A stretch of 64,000 nt of DNA from Octopus sinensis (taxonomy: Eukaryota): contig NC_043001.1 in the NCBI RefSeq assembly GCF_006345805.1, positions 35,464,001-35,528,000 of the forward strand. Direction: 5' to 3'. Made by a program: the position numbers and the translations under genes. Position 1 is the first letter of the stretch, and every line of letters begins with the position of its first letter. Below, one piece after another: positions 1 to 11,439 of this stretch. The notes under the pieces are model-generated. The model was not told the DNA's origin. It searched no databases and was given only the letters and a program-made list of their open reading frames with translations.

Positions 1-98
1 TGTGTGTATATATATATGTATATATATATATGTATAATATATATATATATATGTATATATATATATGTATATATATATGTATAAGAAGAAGATATATG

Positions 99-173
<75 letters not shown>

Positions 174-350
174 CATGTATATATATATATATATATATGT
201 ATAAATATATATGTATAAATATATATAATATATACATATATAAATATATATGCATACATAAATATAGATATATATCTTATACATATAATATATGTGTATG
301 TGTGTGTGTGTGTGTGTGTGCGTGTGTGTGTGTGTGTATGAAAGAGAGAG
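1..350. repeat. Compound (TA)n/(TG)n microsatellite
   Basis: Visible directly; source of the YIYI/CVCV pseudo-ORFs. Confidence 0.95.
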
Positions 351-539
351 ATATTTTTCACACAGAAGCGCAAGGATGAAAATAGTTAGATTTAGGGAGA
401 GATAGATGCGTGTCGAAATATAAAAGATATAGATATAGATTTATATCAATATACAGAGACGTAGTGCATTGGTCTAGTTATGTGCTTAATTAGTCAGAAT
501 TAGAAAAGCTGTTCATTTGACCTTTTTAGTTCTGTCTAG

Positions 540-680
540 ACTGGTGAGATGGTTGGCGTTGATGCACAGCAAGAACCTTTCATAGACAACATCAGTGTGA
601 AGGAAGCATTGATGAGAGGAATTTCCAGGAATTTTGCCACTGAGTATGGAATGATTGGACGCATCGCGTGTGTACGTTGA
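540..680 (+). CDS. Candidate terminal coding exon of a gene starting upstream of the window (TGEMVGVDAQQEPFIDNISVKEALMRGISRNFATEYGMIGRIACVR*)
   Basis: Branch-like TTTGAC at 516-521, pyrimidine tract and AG at 538-539. Then 46 non-repetitive codons to TGA 678-680, with AATAAA at 1356-1361. Weak resemblance by eye to the group II chaperonin C-terminus (DNxxVKxxL...AT), unverified. Confidence 0.5.
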   Translation, partial: TGEMVGVDAQQEPFIDNISVKEALMRGISRNFATEYGMIGRIACVR

Positions 681-1494
681 AGAGAGCGAAATTATGGAGA
701 TGATCATGGCGGCTTCGAAGACACTGACAACGAAGTAAACGACGATGACGACGACGAGGACGGCGAAGACGTTGGTGACACTTGAATGCGCATGCGCATG
801 TATGTAAGACTATGTATATATTTGCGTACATCTATATATATTTTCGTGTGTATATATATTCCTCAATTAGTGTTAGTACTCGATTCCCCCAACCATTCTT
901 TATCGAACAAACTCACTCCAGCTGTGATTATTATATTTATATCTTTTTAAAAATTTTTTCTTCCGATATTTTGCATTTTGTACAACAGGAAGTAATATGT
1001 CGCTTTTAAGACGATTGGGGTTTTTATACAAAGTATATTTACATTTATTTTCCGTAATCCGTACAACTACATACATTCACAAATGAGCTATAGCGTGCAG
1101 GAGAAAGGATGCGTCACTATAAGCTTATGATGAGTATCGAAGTCGACAGATGTACAAACACGTGTCTTGGACTGAATTAAATGGAACCTACGGATGTGCA
1201 ATACCGAGTAGTACTTAGCACAAAGTCGTGAAGACAGATATGAAGCTATTGAACTTGGTTAATGAAATGATAAAGTGCTCTGTTTATCATGGATCTGCAC
1301 ATTGAAAGTTAATCTACAGAGTACAGGCCAATGCAAGAGGAATAATCGCTCTTACAATAAACCTCCTTTCCGCAAGCTACTGATGTTATGAAAGGGAGGA
1401 GTCGATGCAGGGTCACACCACTGTCTTCGCAGACCCCGGAAGAGACAGGAATGATTTTGCCCTATCTATTACTAGTTCCACCGATCCATCACTC

Positions 1495-1630
1495 TGGTTC
1501 GTATGCTATATTATCGAACCTGAAAAGACGAATAAGGACATTGATCTTGGTGGGTTTTGAACTCAGAATGCGAAAAAGGCAGAACAAATACAAGTCATGT
1601 TGACCGACACTAGTGATTAGGCCACGACGT
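1495..1630 (-). mobile_element. Degraded family A SINE
   Basis: TTATCGAACC...TTTGAACTCAGAA matches the reverse complement of the family A core and B-box. Confidence 0.55.
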
Positions 1631-2190
1631 GTAATCAAGTTATTCAGTTCATGAGTACACACACACACACACACACACACATTCATGTATTGTTTGATTC
1701 TTTTACTTGTTTCCTTTATTGGATTGCAGCCTTGTTGGGACAGGTTCTTTATGGTTTCTATAACTCATGTTCATCCTGTTACTTAATTTTAAAAATTCTG
1801 GTGAATATCTTATCGTTTTCCATTTGTCGAGTCGCCAGAGTAAAAGACATAAGCTTCTTTTAAACTGTTTTAAGGTGGACATATGTATGTGTGTGTGTAG
1901 GTTTGTTGATGCAAACAAAAAATTAACTGAAAATATGAGTATATGTATATTTTTTCATTGACATTTAACAAAAGTAATAGGGTGGTTGAAGGTCCAAGAG
2001 TTTCATGGCCAACGCACGAAACTTTCGGACCTTGAAAAACTCTGTTACTTCAGCTATACACACACACACACGCAACCAACACACACACACATATATATAT
2101 TATATAATATATATATATATTATATTATATATATATATATATATATTAATTTCATATATATATAATATATATTAATATTATATATATAAT

Positions 2191-2404
2191 AGGCGGCGAG
2201 TTGGCAGACTCGTTAGCACGCCGGGCGAAATGCGTAGCCGTATTTCGTCTGCTGTTACGTTCTGAGTTGAAATTCCGCCGAGGTCGACTTTGCCTTTCAT
2301 CCTTTCGGGGTCGGTAATTAAGCACCAGTTACGCCCTGGGGTCGATGTAAGCGACATAATCCGTTTGTCCCCTCTGTGTTTAGCCCCTTGTGGGCAGTAG
2401 TGAA

Positions 2405-2407
<3 letters not shown>
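2191..2407 (+). mobile_element. Family A SINE (tRNA-like head, Deu/Nin-like core), monomer
   Basis: GGCGGCGAGTTGGCAGA head, B-box-like GAGTTGAAATTCC (GAGTTCAAATTCC in other copies), core GCCTTTCATCCTTTCGGGGTCG; more than 10 copies in the window. Confidence 0.9.
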
Positions 2408-2460
<53 letters not shown>

Positions 2461-2482
2461 GTGTGTGTGTGTGTGTGTGGTG

Positions 2483-2521
<39 letters not shown>

Positions 2522-3150
2522 AAAACGTTTGGCTGGCTGGCCGTCTTGAGTGAGTATGCCCTAGTAGTTTTCTTACGACGCTTTCGTTGTTTCAGGTTCC
2601 TGTTTATTGGTGAGCAAATTTAGGCACGTTTCTAATCTCCCACCTCAGACCAGATGAACATTCCGGATATAGTAACCGGCAGAAGAGAAAGCTGCATCAG
2701 CACACGACTTGTATTCCTTGCAATTGTCAAGAATGAAACAACTTTAAAGGAAATGCTTTCCTCAAAGACAAAACCTGCCTCACTGCCCTCTCCAAGAACT
2801 GAATACCTCATCTAATTAGTATGTTCGAACACTCTTAATACTAAACCCCGCGTATGCATACTCACACACTTATACATACAGACAGTTATATATAATTCTT
2901 AAAGTGCGTGTACTTGTTTGTGTGTATGTTTACGATAGGTATGGGGCTCCTAGTGAGGTCTAAGAAGTTACTGTTATCACTATACTTTATGAAAACGACG
3001 TGTTGTAAGATTAGTGAGTGATTGTCGCTTAGTTTTCTATATATATATATTACGAGCTGGAGAGTATTACTGCTATCTCTAGCGGCCAAGTGTTCACCAC
3101 TGAGGATTAGCACAAATTGCCCCAAAACGTACGGTTTGCTGATTCCGTCG

Positions 3151-3700
3151 GCGAAATTTTTTTCCCACGAGAATTCCAGACCTCAGTTATGAACTCATTT
3201 GCATATAACCAATCGGAGCTCAAATACCAAAGTAATTTATGAGCGCATAACAATTTATGGGCGATAAGATAAGGTCACTTGGATAAGGAATGACCATGCT
3301 CCTTTTCTCTTTTGATAATGCATCTTGTTCGTGTTCTTGTTTCAACCACGGCTGCCTCTGCAAAATTATTTGTGTTGTTGTTTACTCTGTAAAACATTAA
3401 GGGGAGAGGGTTGATAGCACATCACCCTCTTCCCAAATTTTCCCCATCCACATCTTAACCATATGGGGCCCTAACAAAATCCGATAATAGTTATTGATGC
3501 AAATCTATCTAATTACTTGTCTCCTTCTAAAATCAGGCATAACTTGGCGGGCGGTCGACTTACAACACCAGTCTTCGTCTTGAGTTTACTTGATAGAGTG
3601 TGTTAGTTAACTTGACATGGTCAAGGTGAGCTCTAATTGGCTGTATGCAAATGAGTTCATTACTGGGGTCCGGAACTGTCGTAGAAAAAAAAAATTTCGC
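3151..3700. mobile_element. Inverted-repeat element (probable old DNA transposon/MITE) with octamer+CCAAT arms
   Basis: Imperfect arms of about 72 bp at 3151-3222 and 3627-3700; true termini and TSD not resolved. Confidence 0.55.
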
Positions 3701-4344
3701 ATCCCGTCGTCTGCTAGAAGATGGTAGGAATTTGTTCTGCTTGAAAGATATTTCGGGTGCAATTTGAATAGAAAACCAGCGGGAGAAAGCTTGTTCTGGG
3801 GTTAAAAACGGTACCGTGATTTCGTGGAACAAGCCATATTGAGGTGGCGATAAACATTCATCTCTTATAGAAATTTTCCAACCAGCTACTTGACATGTTT
3901 AGAGGTAAACTCAAAATCTTTTGACAATTAAAAAAATATACTCGTATCTGGGTGGTATCTTATCTCTTTCAACAGCGAGATTAGGAACTCTATAATCTTT
4001 GTCCAGTTCATTTTAACGGATCGTTGTTCATCCTGAAATATGATTCTAACAAATGTGTCCCCCCGCCCTGCCACTCCAGGCAAAGGGTTATTGGATGGAC
4101 TTACGGAGAGTTTTGATGATGTTTTCGTAACACAGATATAAATAGACAGCAATGTAAACACATCCATCTGTTGTATGACATATGGTCGAAAAGATATGTA
4201 ACTTATATATATATATATCATATACATATCTATCTATTTTTCTATCTATCTATCTATCTATATTATATATAACTGTGTGTCTGTGTGTATACATACACGC
4301 CTACATAAATGTATACATAAACATATATATATATATATTATATA

Positions 4345-4375
<31 letters not shown>

Positions 4376-5562
4376 ATGAGTATGTTATATACAGATATAT
4401 GTATATATATACAGATATATAAATATATATGAAGATATATATATATATATATATATATAATACGATATATATATTATATATATATATATATAATTAATAT
4501 ATATATATATATATATATAATATATATATATATGCATACATATTCATACATATACTCACATACATAAATACATAGATATGGACATACATAAGTTCTATGA
4601 ATTATTTGCTTTTCTTCCTCAAAAGGGGATATATGCATATGACAGGGTAAGAGATAAAGGTGATTATCCAAGCTTTATCTGATTAGAAAGCTGTGAACTC
4701 AAACCACAAGCATCTACTTACGGTACCTTTGACTATCACTTACAAAGAATGTATTTGTTTAGAATAATTTGCTTGTAAGCGTATATAGTTTATTTTCTAT
4801 ATATTCTTCATTTGATTGAATTTTCCGTTCTTGTGTGACAGATTATAATTCCTTGTAAAAGAAAAAAATATATATTTATATGTGTGTGAGAATGTTTAGT
4901 GAAAAGTGCCTCAGTAAATTAAGTTCGTGAAAGCTTTCGTTTTTGTCTTTCCATGAAATGTTGTAGATGTAAGCTTTGATCTTAATATGAAATTTTGACA
5001 GGAGTAGCCAAGAAGTTTGAGAAAATGTACTGTGTTGTTATTTGAGAAGTCTACAATTTAATCCAGCTGACATTTTCAACAGTTTTTCACAGCTCTCTCT
5101 TTCTCTCTCCCCCCTCTCTCTTTACCGATCTCTTAACCCCTCTCTCCTTCTCCTTCTTTCTTTCTCTCTCACTCTCTGATTGTGGATTTTTATGTAGTGG
5201 AAAAGTCAAGTTAAATACATTCTACCTGGGCTCTCAACTTCAAAGCTATCAACACAATATTATTGGTGCAATAAGAAATGAGTTGAAAGATTTTGCTAAG
5301 TAAATAAGCATATAACTCCACCAAACAGAGCATTGGTTACGTTTCGAATTTGGATCTGAAGTCAGAATAAGTCGGAGCATGGTAGATTGTATATATCTCT
5401 AAACTAGTGGTATTACAGCATTCACTTTCATCCAGAAACGTTCTTGGTTCAAATCCCATCGGCAGCTACTCCCAATTTCATTCTTGCTAAATCAAAATTG
5501 TACCTTTAGTTTTAGTGTATTGGTAGTAAGATCACTAAGTGATGTCACTAATTATATATAAT

Positions 5563-5770
5563 TAGTGACATCGCCATGATAGATCGTTAGCCACTACACA
5601 CATTTTTTTCTCTCCCTTTTCTCTCCTTGTTTTTCTGTGTCCCTTTCTGTAGAAGACCGTAGGCTCGAAACATAAAAGACTTTTTCTATTCCTGAGCGTT
5701 ATCCTAATACATCTGTTTGTTTTGTACACCACCTGTCTTCGTCTTTTGTTTTTTCGTAAACTCTCCCTAT
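5563..5770 (+). mobile_element. Family D short repeat (Penelope-pLTR-like) with hammerhead-like motif
   Basis: Second copy at 44561-44730; both abut (TA)n; CTGTAGAAGA-stem-GAAAC motif. Confidence 0.65.
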
Positions 5771-5790
5771 ATATGTATATATATATATAA

Positions 5791-6180
5791 TACAAAATGG
5801 GACAAAAACGCAAAACATCCAGATGGACGAAACAAAGAAAACAAGAACGGGTCATTCGACGTTTTCTTTCTTCAGTAAAACACCAAATTATCCTCGCAAT
5901 TTCGGCTGATTATTCTTGAGATTGCCTCAATCTGGCCAGCTCCAAGGAAAAACTAAGCTAAGCGCATTAGATTCCTTGGAAGAAAGCAGCGAATGTATAC
6001 AAAAACAAGGACGCAAAAAACGGACAATTGTTACACAATTATAAATATTACAAAATAATAACAGGACATAACAACAGGTATCTTTCGACTAAGGACGAAT
6101 TAAATAAAGCTTGCACGTGTGGAAATGAAGGTATACTGCAGAGATACAAGGATCTCATAAACACAGGGAAGAATATCGAT
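5791..6180. repeat. Family E dispersed repeat, (TA)n-associated
   Basis: Homologous copies at 29421-29617 (same orientation) and 48762-48935 (inverted). Confidence 0.75.
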
Positions 6181-6191
6181 GCTGGAGAGAA

Positions 6192-6230
<39 letters not shown>

Positions 6231-6294
6231 ATTCATGCATGTAAAACAAGTCAGGGTAAGTCAAGTGATATGACAGGTGAATATATTTAGCTCA

Positions 6295-6525
6295 AGGCGG
6301 CGAGCTGGCAGACACGTTAGCACGCCGGGTGAAATGCTTAGCGGTATTTCGTCTGTCGTTACGTTCTGAGTTCAAATTCCGCCGAGGTCAACTTTGCCTT
6401 TCATCCTTTCGGGGTCGATAAATAAAGTACCAGTTTCGCACTGGGGTCGATATAATCGATTCAATCCCTTCGTCTGTCCTTGTTTGTCCCCTCTATGTTT
6501 AGCCCCTTGTGAGCAGTAAAGAAAT
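6295..6525 (+). mobile_element. Family A SINE with 12-bp TSD
   Basis: Full head, core and tail; ATATATTTAGCT at 6281-6292 and 6526-6537. Confidence 0.92.
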
Positions 6526-7302
6526 ATATATTTAGCTACATGATATCTTTAGGATTACGAGTTTCGCACCCATGTTTATGCAATTATAATTTATTTATGT
6601 TTTCATGTCTGCTTTAATTTATGTATACCATGCATTATTCAAAACAATTGCATATTTACAAATCAATGCAAATAAAAGACACGATTTAACTCTAAGTATA
6701 CATACCCAATTCTCTCGTTATATTACAACATATGGAAGACTGAGATTAGGTGTAATTAACTAGGTATGGTCAGTGAAAATAAAGATACGTTGACTCTTAT
6801 CAATTAAGGAGCCACATCTAAGTTCAGGGAATTCAATATCCTTAATATTAACTAAAAACAGGAGAGGATAAAAAGAAGTAAAGTAGTTATAGTAATACAT
6901 ATATATATATTGCAAACGTATTTTCATGTATAGATCCACATATATATAGTAAATCCTATGTGGATACACACCCATACACACAACTGTGTATAAATACACG
7001 CATACGCACACAGACACAATCATATATATATACATATATGCAAACATACATAAAAATGCAGACACGCAAATATATATACATATATGCATATTATAATATT
7101 TTGCTTAAGCTGAGCGATCCTAATAACCTGGTGTTATAACTCAATGTACATATTCTTCAGAACGAAGTGTCAGTCGAGTAAGGAGTGGTAATAAGAAAGT
7201 GGGATAGACGAGGAATAAACGATTACTTTTATTTTGGCATCCCAATTCTTTACGTACATATTTATACATATTTATATACTTACATATATATATATACATA
7301 TA

Positions 7303-7359
<57 letters not shown>

Positions 7360-7419
7360 ATCTGTATAGTGCATACATATATATATATATATAAATATAT
7401 GCATATATAAATATATATA

Positions 7420-7499
<80 letters not shown>

Positions 7500-7756
7500 A
7501 TATATATTTATATATGCATATATGCATATATTCACCGACACATACACACACGTACACACACATGTAAATATTCACTTAGATATGTACAGATTTTTACATA
7601 TACAGTAAATGATGATATACATACTGAATACTGAAAACAATATAAATGGAAACACATTATATAGATAGAGCTACGTTCATACACATACGCACACATACAC
7701 AGATATATACACACACCTATATATATATATATAAAAAAAAAAAAAAATATATATAA

Positions 7757-8079
7757 ATTTTATTTTATTTAGTTTCAGCTCACAAGCTGTGGCCATGCTG
7801 GGGCACCGCCATTTTTGGGTGTTGCTACATGATTTTACTTCACGAATGCTTTTTAGCAAATGCCATCTGGTGCATGAGAGAGTTCGATGCAGCTGCCCTC
7901 ATCTACACCTCCTGCCGTGAAGCTGGTTCATCTGGGACACCTGACAAGAAGAGATCCAGTTTCATTTTAAAGACATCGGCATCCACCCCATGCAGGTCCC
8001 TTAGGTTCTTCGGGAGGATATTGAAGAGCTGTGGGCCTCGGAAGCCCAGGCTATCACAGTATCTTGTCCTACATCTTGA
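7757..8079 (-). mobile_element. 3' fragment of CR1/L2-type LINE (ORF2 C-terminus + 3' UTR)
   Basis: Minus frame SLGFRGPQLFNILPKNLRDLHGVDADVFKMKLDLFLSGVPDEP; tail GGCGGTGCCCCAGCATGGCCACAG...GCTGAAACT(AAAAT)n; homologous to 26775-27317. Confidence 0.85.
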
Positions 8080-8158
8080 ATATATCTATATATATATTAT
8101 ATATATGCACATGTATACATATAAATACACATAAATACCAGATTAAAGGCATGTATAT

Positions 8159-8259
<101 letters not shown>

Positions 8260-8879
8260 GAATATATATCGACATAGACATACGCACATATACGTACATA
8301 TATATACACATATCTCAATATAACAAAGATGTATACGGACTCATGTAGGAGAAGATAGATGTAAACATTTAACCGGTTCATAATTCTAAACGGTAAACGA
8401 TTGTTAGATGGAGTCCGTTAGAGAATACCTCCATGAAACCCACACGATTCTATATTACACTTCAAATCTATATGCATACGTAAATGCGCGCGTACCTCCC
8501 TCCCTACACACACACACACACACACACACTCATACACACAGACACGCAGACACACACATACATACACACACACACACATTTTATGATATTGACTATTCGC
8601 CAAAGTTATAGATTTTATTTTTCTAATCAGGTTCTTTTTCGCATGATTTCACTGCAGTTTGGAGAACTATATTTCTTAAACATATCTTCAGTGTATCTAT
8701 ATCTTCAGAGTGTCATCGTCAATATGAGAATGTGTTAATAACTGTTGCTGCCTTAATAGAGTCAAATGCTGTTGTCTTTACATCATAATTTGAAAACTGA
8801 TCTTTTGATTTATACCACATCACCAGCGTTTAAGTTTGTTTGTGACTTTGCCTTGTGTGGTTCAATTGACAATTGTGCT

Positions 8880-10030
8880 TCTGTAACTACCCGTCTAATT
8901 TCTGTATTTCCCCTGTATCATTCAAGGTTTTGATCTATTAGTTTGTTACTACGCCCTTTGTTGATGAGTGCTTTATACGATGGGTTTCTTAATCTATTTC
9001 TTTACTATCCACAAGGGGTTAAACACTGAGAGGGCAAACAAAGACAGACAAACGGATTAAGTCGATTACATCGACCCCAGTGCGTAACTGGTACTTAATT
9101 TATCGACCCGAAAGGATTAAAGGCAAAGTCGACCTCAGCGGAATTTGAACACAGAACGTAGCGGCAGACGAAATACCTATTTCTTTACTGTCCGCAAGGG
9201 ACTACACACAGAGGGGACAAACAAGACAGACAAACGGACTACGTTGATTACATCGACCCCAGTGCGTAACTGGTACTTAATTTATCTACCCCGAAAGGAT
9301 AAAAGGCAAAGTCCACCTCGGCGGAATTTGAACTCAGAATGTAGCGGCAGACGAAATACCTATTTCTTTATAACCCACAAGGGGCTACACAAAGAGGAGC
9401 CAAACAAGGACAGACAAACGGATTAAGTCGATTACATCGACCCCAGTGCGTAACTGGTACTTAATTTATCGAGCCCGAAAGGATGAAAGGCAAAGTCGAC
9501 CTCGGCGGAATTTGAACTCAGAACATAACAGCAGACGAAATACGGCTACGCAGACGAAATACGGCGAGCGGGCAGAAACGTTACACGCCGGGCGAAATGC
9601 GTAGCCGTATTTCGCCCGGCGTGTAACGTTTCTGCCCGCTCGCCCCCTCTTAATAGATAGGTTTCTTTGTTGGAAGGAATGTATGTAAATGTCCTTCAAA
9701 GCAAGATTTTAACCAATGGTGTTTCTCCCATCTCTGGATATTCGCTGTGAATGTTCGCTCTGGCAATATATACTTATTTGTAATTTTATTGTAAAAGGAC
9801 ATGATGTTTTTGCCGCTTCTATCTCAATAGCCATGTCTAAAAATAGTCTTTCTATGGTTATTAGTTTTATTTGTATTATCTATTTAGACGGAGGTGTTTT
9901 TGTAGGTCTTGGATATTTTCCAATGCTTCCATTAGGACAAATATAGCGTCAACATATCTCATGTTTAAGTCTTTGTTCTCTTTTGTGACTACATAGAATG
10001 TTGTGAAGTTGAGCCCTAATGAAGAATGTT
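8880..10030 (-). pseudogene. Decayed Penelope-like element reverse transcriptase remnant, split by a SINE trimer
   Basis: Minus-strand HSSLGLNFTTFY...ENK...MRYVDAIFVL (cf. GSPLG..FANFYM..LE..RYVDDIF), then LFLDMAI. Beyond the SINE, ETHRIK/ALINKGRSNKLID (cf. RIKQ.LINNGYS..LID). Confidence 0.65.
8995..9644 (-). mobile_element. Family A SINE tandem trimer with palindromic head
   Basis: Three core+tail units of about 183 bp; short TCTTAAT repeated on both flanks. Confidence 0.9.
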
Positions 10031-10179
10031 GTTATGTCGCGCGTTCGGATGACCTCTACTCAACTCCATTCTCTACTCTCTACTACTCCTGACGTCTAGA
10101 CTTCTTCCTCTATGTCTATGTATTAGGCTAGTCTACTTCATTGTCTGGGGGCGTCCACATAATAAATGTATAAAGCATA

Positions 10180-10552
10180 TCTTTATATATAAAAGAAAGA
10201 TTTAGATTCCTAACTACTCCCACATTTTGCGGTGCAGTTTAACCAAAACCGGGTATCTTATAGTCGTGACTCATATCAAGCCCTTCTGGGTATTAACGCG
10301 CGTCCACGATGTGTCTACGATTTTAAAAATAATTTACCATCATTTTTTCCATTTTAATGCATATTTTTTTAATATAAGGGAAGTAACTCTCTAAAAATGT
10401 CTACGATGAGTCAACGATTTAAAAAAAAATTTACCATAATTTTTTTTCCATTTTTAATGCATTTTTTGCTATTTTTTTGGCTATAACTCTCTAAAAATGC
10501 TTATATAGTTATTTCCCTTACAAACCCGAGCAACGCCGGGCGATACTGCTAG
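10180..10552 (+). mobile_element. Non-autonomous Helitron
   Basis: A|TC start at 10180; subterminal hairpin CCCG-AGCAACGC-CGGG at 10525-10540; ends CTAG|T at 10549-10552; no TSD; internal imperfect duplication. Confidence 0.85.
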
Positions 10553-10917
10553 TCAATCATAAAACGCATATTGCCAGACCATGGCCAAAATTTAATGACT
10601 GAAACAATTAAAAGATAAAGGATAATTAATTACAGAAGAAATGAACATATTTCCAAAATCAAATAAAAGCAGAACACAAAATGCAGGACACTAAAGTGGG
10701 AATTAGTACTAATTGTATGTACAGCAATTGAGAATTTTCTTGTCGATTGCAAACCAAAATTAACAGCAGAAGTTGCTAATGACCAATGTAACTAATTAAT
10801 CCGATTACGAATTTGTATAATTCACAGTTCTAAATGATATACTGATCATCCATATGTAGCATTCTCTTGCGGGATTAACAGGTGTATATACAAGAGGTAC
10901 ATATAATGCACTAATTA

Positions 10918-11439
10918 CCGTAAATCCTCGAGTATAATCCGCACTTTTTTCTCAAAATTTAAAGGTCAAAATCCATAGTGCGTACTATATACGAGGTTAA
11001 AAATGAAAATTATTTTCTAAGCAATGTCCGAGTCTCTATTTGCTGTCTGGCTATGTTTATTCAGACGCATTTTGTGATGTCGGGCGCGAAAATACCTTAA
11101 GCTAAGCCAGAAAGCAATGAAGTCATAAAAGGATCATCCATAACTTGCAGTAAGCAACATTTATTAAACGTTATTACTGTTATTACTGTTATTTCTTTAT
11201 TTTACTGCAAACAAAATGCACAAAAAAGCTACACGTTTGCATTATGTTATATATACAATAATAATAAAGGACGTTACCGTATACATTTTTACAAACCAAG
11301 GACGATATATAGACCTCCTTGACTCAAGTTAGAGAAGGGGTGCGTATTATACACAAGGTTTAGGTTTTTCAGAGGTACAGCCCCCTAAATATCCCCTGCC
11401 TATTATACTGAAGGGCGGACTATACTCGAGGATTTACGG
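10918..11439. mobile_element. Tc1/mariner (pogo/Tigger-like) MITE
   Basis: TIRs CCGTAAATCCTCGAGTATAATCCGC / GCGGACTATACTCGAGGATTTACGG, with TA on both sides. Confidence 0.9.

Noticed and set aside
513-707. Minus-strand ORF with NSSHQ/INANH words reminiscent of selenoprotein N
   Set aside because: Spacing is wrong and there is no further similarity; the plus frame has better splice support.
2191-2280. tRNA-like A/B boxes in SINE heads
   Set aside because: No complete cloverleaf; they continue into SINE bodies, so not called tRNA genes.
9145-9699. Recurrent peptides such as RNWYLIYRPRKDERQSRPRRNLNSE
   Set aside because: Antisense translation of the family A SINE, not a gene family.
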